A stretch of DNA of 61,800 bases from a virus (taxonomy: Duplodnaviria; Caudoviricetes), in the IMG/VR virus record IMGVR_UViG_3300006789_000022, positions 1-61,800 of that record. One strand, given 5' to 3'. Position 1 is the first letter of the stretch. Each line of letters opens with the position of its first letter. A program made the translations under genes and the position numbers. The notes beneath the pieces are model-generated. The model did no database searches, had not been told where the DNA came from, and worked only from the letters and a program-made list of their open reading frames with translations. Shown one piece after another: positions 57,430-61,800 of the stretch.

Positions 57430-58803
57430 ATGGCATTCGGACCTCCCGGCTCACTAACCGGTCCCACGACTGGCGCAGGGGCTGACATTAACACGATTCT
57501 GACCCAAGAAGCTGGGCGGATTGGCAATGATATTCATAAAGCCACTCTGCACACCAGTCCTTGGATCGACCTCATCAAAAAAGCCGCCTTCCCTGAAGGA
57601 ATGGGCTATCAACTCAGCACACTGGTTTATGACCGTGCGCTGCCTATCACGCCTTTGGCAAACAGCCTTGGGGCCTCTCCAGCCGACTCAGAAGTTGGCA
57701 CGGATTGGTCTGCGATGGGCAATGACACGCTCGGCGCTTCTCGCGGGTTCACCGCCTTGCAGACTGACACGACTGCCTCGCTCCCAACTGAAGGCAGCAA
57801 TGTTAACATCATCGACTTCTCCAAGCAGCTCAAGACTTACAGTCTCAGCCGCGCAGTAATCGAATCCCCGCGTATCAACGTCGAGGAACTTCGCTACGCT
57901 GTGCATCGCACCGAGCAGCTTCGGGCTATCATGGATCTCCTCAAGGAATCCACCCGTCAGTCTTGGGAAGATCGCTACCGCCAACAGTTTGGTATGCAGG
58001 CCGACAACGTGATCTATGCCCAAGCCGCTTCCTCTGTCTTCTCTACAGGGGCTGAAGGTAAAGCCCTCTACGGAGAGACAGGAGATGATCTTCTTAATGT
58101 TGACGATACCATCACTGATGGTGGCGATGGCTCCGGTTCAGGAGATACAGTCGGCACCGATGCCAACATCTCCAACGCAATTCTGGATAAAGCATATTTC
58201 CAGCTTGTTCGTAAAGGTGCTGGCAACAACGCCTACGGTCGTGAGAACGGACGCCCCGTGTTCACCCTTGTGTGTTCCTCGGAGGCTTCCTACCAACTCC
58301 AGACCGAAGCAGGTTTCCGCGATGACATCCGCTACAACAATGCCAAGGTCAGCGATCTCATCGCCCCCCTTGGTGTTGAGAAGTCCTTCAGGGGGTTCTA
58401 CCACCTGATTGATGACATGGCCCCTCGGTTCAATGTCGCGTTGTCAGGTGACAATAACAACTTGGTTCAAGTCCCCGTCTATGATGTGGATCAGACCAAT
58501 AATAAGATCGTGATGAACACGGCCTACGACAGCGCCGCTGTTGAAGCCGCATTCATTCTTCACCAAGATGTGATGGAGTCCCTGATTCCTACCCCTGTTG
58601 GTAATGTAAGTGGTCTCAAGTTTGATCCCGTGTCATACAAAGGCGAATTCAAGTGGACGAATATTGCCGATGTTATTCGCAATCCTGACGGCCAAATTGG
58701 TTTCTTCAGGGGGATCATGGCCAGTGCGTCGAAGCCGATCAAAACCGAATTCGGTTACGTCATCCTCTTCCTTCGCACCAGCAGCACCCCCGCTGCGGTC
58801 TAG
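57430..58803 (+). CDS. Major capsid protein (457 aa)
   Basis: Follows portal and scaffold; own promoter with long leader; strong downstream hairpin; typical size. Confidence 0.75.
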   Translation: MAFGPPGSLTGPTTGAGADINTILTQEAGRIGNDIHKATLHTSPWIDLIKKAAFPEGMGYQLSTLVYDRALPITPLANSLGASPADSEVGTDWSAMGNDTLGASRGFTALQTDTTASLPTEGSNVNIIDFSKQLKTYSLSRAVIESPRINVEELRYAVHRTEQLRAIMDLLKESTRQSWEDRYRQQFGMQADNVIYAQAASSVFSTGAEGKALYGETGDDLLNVDDTITDGGDGSGSGDTVGTDANISNAILDKAYFQLVRKGAGNNAYGRENGRPVFTLVCSSEASYQLQTEAGFRDDIRYNNAKVSDLIAPLGVEKSFRGFYHLIDDMAPRFNVALSGDNNNLVQVPVYDVDQTNNKIVMNTAYDSAAVEAAFILHQDVMESLIPTPVGNVSGLKFDPVSYKGEFKWTNIADVIRNPDGQIGFFRGIMASASKPIKTEFGYVILFLRTSSTPAAV

Positions 58804-58814
58804 GTTTAACTTGT

Positions 58815-58844
58815 GCGGGGTAGCGGCTTAACCCGTTACCCCGC
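58815..58844 (+). terminator. GC-rich hairpin after the capsid gene
   Basis: GCGGGGTAGCGG-CTTAAC-CCGTTACCCCGC; no U tract, so possibly a stabiliser or processing hairpin. Confidence 0.5.
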
Positions 58845-58863
58845 GCATAACCCAACTACGATT

Positions 58864-59013
58864 ATGCCTACTCTTGATGATACTCCCACTCTTGAAGAAC
58901 TGGGGTCGAGCGATGTTGTTGCCGCCGACCTGATTCTTGTTTATGATGTGTCAGAGCAGAAAGTCAAAGCGATCTCTCTCACCAATCTCAAGGCCAGTAC
59001 GTTGCTGGATTAA
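58864..59013 (+). CDS. Small protein (49 aa), possible capsid decoration
   Basis: MPTLDD...DLILVYDVSEQKVKAISLTNL; lies between the capsid gene and a terminator. Confidence 0.55.
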   Translation: MPTLDDTPTLEELGSSDVVAADLILVYDVSEQKVKAISLTNLKASTLLD

Positions 59014-59037
59014 ATTTCCACCTCCAACCCTAACCAT

Positions 59038-59078
59038 AAATCCCGAACCCTGAGTAACCCTTCGGGGTTCGGGATTTT
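59038..59078 (+). terminator. Intrinsic terminator
   Basis: AAATCCCGAACCC...GGGTTCGGGATTTT. Confidence 0.75.
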
Positions 59079-59089
59079 ACTTTACGATT

Positions 59090-60376
59090 ATGGCTGCCAA
59101 ACCAAAGCCGAAGAAGAAAAAGGAAACGGAAACGAAACCTAACCTCGGCCCGTTGCCTCTCCAAGGCACACCGGACGACGAGCTAAGAGACCCGCAGAAA
59201 ATTCTCGATGAAGAGGCCCGTGCGGCCCACCCTTCCCAAAAAGGATCAGAGACTGCTCCCAAACCCCGCGCCATAATCCATGACTACCTGAAGGGGCCGG
59301 AGGGGGCCGCTGTTAGGTTGCCCGCCAACATATTTGGGGGCGACTTTTCCCAAGAGCAACGCGACATGATCCTCACTGCGGGAGCCAAGCAGGGACTCGG
59401 GCCAGAGTATTTTCACGCCTCCAAATACGGTGTGGCAAGGGGAGCCGACGGGGAACCCCTCCCCAAGAAAGAAGTATACCTCCCTGCCTCAAGCTACGGG
59501 GCCGCTATGGTTGACCCCCGAACTGGAGATTACTTCACTGGCAACAACCAGTGGCTCGCACAAACGTCCGCGAAACTTCAGGCACAGGGGCTACCCGCGC
59601 TCATCCCTGAAGCGCAATATGAGCGGGACAAAGAATTCTACGAAAAAAAATATGTAGACGCGCAGTTCGACAAGCAAGGCATGTTGGACCCCGAGAGGGC
59701 CAAGACCTTCGCAGACTTCCGAGGCCGGATGCTCAGGAAGATGGCGCTCGACAAGCAAGCGGCTGAAGGGGCAGAGCCTGAACCAGCGGGAGAACCAGCG
59801 GGAGAACCGGCAGCGGACGATGTGGTGGTGGACCCAACGACGGGAAATATTTATACCGAAGCAGGAGGAGGAGAAGGGATACAGTTAGATCCTGATCTTG
59901 AAGCCGCACTGGCGCGGGATATTGCTCGTGGCAAAGCCCCTGCTCCTGCCCCTGCCCCTGCCCCTGCCCCTGCTGAAGAACTATATACGGCCCCTCCCTC
60001 AGAATTTGAGGGGGGCTACGCTGAAGATGAGGGTGTTGACACTTCCAAGATAACTGGGGCCGATTTACTTCCTTACGCCGGATATGGAGAAGAACCCGCC
60101 CCAGAACCAGACGACGAAGGCTTCGGTGATGATGATGACGGCGACGAAGCGGAACCCACCGTGTCGTTCTTCTCACCGGAGATGATAGAGCAGAGCGCAA
60201 CGACTGTGTTTGAAAGGCTAACAGGCGGACCCCCAAAGGAGGGCGTTGACGAAGACGCCTTGGCCAAACTCAGCGCACACCTCAGTGACGAACGATTTGC
60301 CGACATGACCCCTTCCGAGGCACTTGAGGTTCTTAAAGAAGAAGGGTATGCCATCGGGTTAGGTGAAGGATTTTAA
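59090..60376 (+). CDS. Acidic Pro/Ala-repeat hypothetical protein (428 aa)
   Basis: Long ORF with AP and EPAG repeats; likely partly disordered. Confidence 0.6.
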   Translation: MAAKPKPKKKKETETKPNLGPLPLQGTPDDELRDPQKILDEEARAAHPSQKGSETAPKPRAIIHDYLKGPEGAAVRLPANIFGGDFSQEQRDMILTAGAKQGLGPEYFHASKYGVARGADGEPLPKKEVYLPASSYGAAMVDPRTGDYFTGNNQWLAQTSAKLQAQGLPALIPEAQYERDKEFYEKKYVDAQFDKQGMLDPERAKTFADFRGRMLRKMALDKQAAEGAEPEPAGEPAGEPAADDVVVDPTTGNIYTEAGGGEGIQLDPDLEAALARDIARGKAPAPAPAPAPAPAEELYTAPPSEFEGGYAEDEGVDTSKITGADLLPYAGYGEEPAPEPDDEGFGDDDDGDEAEPTVSFFSPEMIEQSATTVFERLTGGPPKEGVDEDALAKLSAHLSDERFADMTPSEALEVLKEEGYAIGLGEGF

Positions 60377-60378
60377 CA

Positions 60379-60756
60379 ATGCACCCCCACGACGACAACA
60401 AGAAGGGCGACATGGTCCCCGTGGACGCCCCTGAGAACAAGGGCGCTGCGCCCGAGGGGGGCAAGGTGGACGAGGGCCACGAGATGGTTCAGCACCAGCT
60501 TAACAACCTGAAGCAGAATGCCGATGCCCTGCTGGAGCACATGTCACAGTGCGAGTGTCCCCATGTCCATGAGGAATGGGTTAAAAAAAAGATAACCCTA
60601 GCTACGGATTATCTCGATTCAGCGCGAGACTACGTTTTCAGCAGTCACGGCGAAGGCGGCGACAAAGATCACGGAGACGATCACCATGATGAGCACGACG
60701 ACGGCAGCGGCTTTATGGTAATGATCGAGAAGCGCCTGTCCCAGCGACAGCCTTGA
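60379..60756 (+). CDS. His/Asp-rich hypothetical protein (125 aa)
   Basis: EEWVKKKITLATDYLDSARDY helix and His-rich tail. Confidence 0.6.
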   Translation: MHPHDDNKKGDMVPVDAPENKGAAPEGGKVDEGHEMVQHQLNNLKQNADALLEHMSQCECPHVHEEWVKKKITLATDYLDSARDYVFSSHGEGGDKDHGDDHHDEHDDGSGFMVMIEKRLSQRQP

Positions 60757-60790
60757 CCCTAAACTGGAAATCTGTAAACTGCTTTAACGT

Positions 60791-61177
60791 ATGGCCGCTA
60801 AGTCAGTATCCCACACCGTGTCCCTGTCTATTGGCAATGTATCTTTGGCCTTTAATGATTCGTCAACTGTTTCGGCTGACCCAACAGATTTTTTGCTGGC
60901 CACGCAGACTGTCTCTACCAGTTACGAGGCGTTAGACGATGGTGAAGTTGACCCCGCTTCTTGTCTGGTCATGTTGCTTCTCAAGAACGAAAACACGACA
61001 GGATCTTCTGAGCTACAGCTATCACTCGACGAAGGGACAACCATTCACCTTGTCCTCCATAACGGGCAAACCAATCTGATAAGCATAGAGAACTACGGTA
61101 ACGTGAGGATAAAAAGTAACACCGGAAACGTAGACGTTACTTACATGGCCGTCCAGATCGGTGCTGGTGACGCATAA
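60791..61177 (+). CDS. Putative structural protein (128 aa)
   Basis: Beta-rich composition; structural cluster. Confidence 0.5.
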   Translation: MAAKSVSHTVSLSIGNVSLAFNDSSTVSADPTDFLLATQTVSTSYEALDDGEVDPASCLVMLLLKNENTTGSSELQLSLDEGTTIHLVLHNGQTNLISIENYGNVRIKSNTGNVDVTYMAVQIGAGDA

Positions 61178-61194
61178 TTCAACAACCAACAATC

Positions 61195-61527
61195 ATGGCA
61201 ACATCCAATATCGACAAACAATCCTTCGGGGAGGCGGGGGCAACTATGCTCACTGGAACTGAAGGAGTGGTGAAAGAAATATGTGCAATCCTCGTCATCG
61301 AGGACACCATATTTGATGGCTACGATGACGACAGTGATGGCAGCTATACTGACGGGGACCATTCTAAATGGCCCGAACTCACCGATTCAGCAACCAACGG
61401 CAAAAAACTTCTACGGAGTGATTCTGCCGCTGATGGCGTAACTGTCCCTGCTGGAATTACTATTTACGGGCAGTTTGCCGCAGTTAAGCTCCGCTCTGGA
61501 ACCGTCCTCTGTTACCACGCAGCCTAA
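61195..61527 (+). CDS. Putative structural protein (110 aa)
   Basis: C-terminal VPAGITIYGQF..VKLRSGTVLCY pattern seen in small phage virion proteins. Confidence 0.55.
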   Translation: MATSNIDKQSFGEAGATMLTGTEGVVKEICAILVIEDTIFDGYDDDSDGSYTDGDHSKWPELTDSATNGKKLLRSDSAADGVTVPAGITIYGQFAAVKLRSGTVLCYHAA

Positions 61528-61800
61528 TGCGCTTAGGTCTGTCAGCGAAGATCGGGGCGAGTCCCCCGCCTAGATTGCTATACCACCCTAAAGCGGCGGC
61601 ATACATGGATAAGGTGGTGGCAAATGATTCTTATGGATTCAGCACCGCGCAGAGGAGCGCAATATCTGATTTTTTCGACGCCCTCGATGCCAACAGCCTT
61701 GGGTCGGTAATCAAGAAGATGTTCTTCTTCGGCTTTTCGGTTAATGCCGGATTGCGCGATGTGATGAACCCCACCTCCACGGAGTCGTGGGCCGCTGCCC
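61527..61800 (+). CDS. Partial ORF running off the window, probable tail fibre/appendage
   Basis: MRLGLSAKIG... starts overlapping the previous stop (TAATG) and stays open to the window end. Confidence 0.5.
   Translation, partial: MRLGLSAKIGASPPPRLLYHPKAAAYMDKVVANDSYGFSTAQRSAISDFFDALDANSLGSVIKKMFFFGFSVNAGLRDVMNPTSTESWAAA

Overview
The window is most of the genome of a tailed dsDNA phage, probably podovirus-like, and it starts and ends inside structural genes. No integrase, repressor, CRISPR array or canonical tRNA was seen. Modules in order: tail/adaptor and lysis genes with an amidase endolysin, holin-like ORFs and overlapping spanin-like ORFs (90-6191, +); a replication block with primase-helicase, family A DNA polymerase, SSB-like protein, Cas4-like nuclease, RuvC-like resolvase and an HTH/TerS candidate (6186-13978, -); terminase large subunit, probable internal virion proteins and a 5394-aa polyvalent protein (14009-36551, +); an early/accessory region with an SF2 helicase, an RNAP alpha-CTD homolog, an AAA+/DUF2201-VWA cluster and many small ORFs (36548-50570, -); a repeat-rich non-coding divergence region (50571-51400); and a portal/scaffold/major capsid block (52821-61800, +). 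Main observations: (1) the giant protein is cut into enzyme-like modules (zincin, kinase-like, HhH-like, two ADP-ribosyltransferase-like) by a recurring SGIT motif, which suggests an injected, processed polyprotein; (2) ten early genes each have their own sigma70-type promoter with the ATG exactly 6 nt after the -10 box, forming leaderless cassettes that partly share identical repeats; (3) there are several candidate structured RNAs, including a tandem motif in the capsid gene leader; (4) the alpha-CTD homolog has lost key DNA-binding residues. All functional calls come from motif recognition by eye, without database searches.
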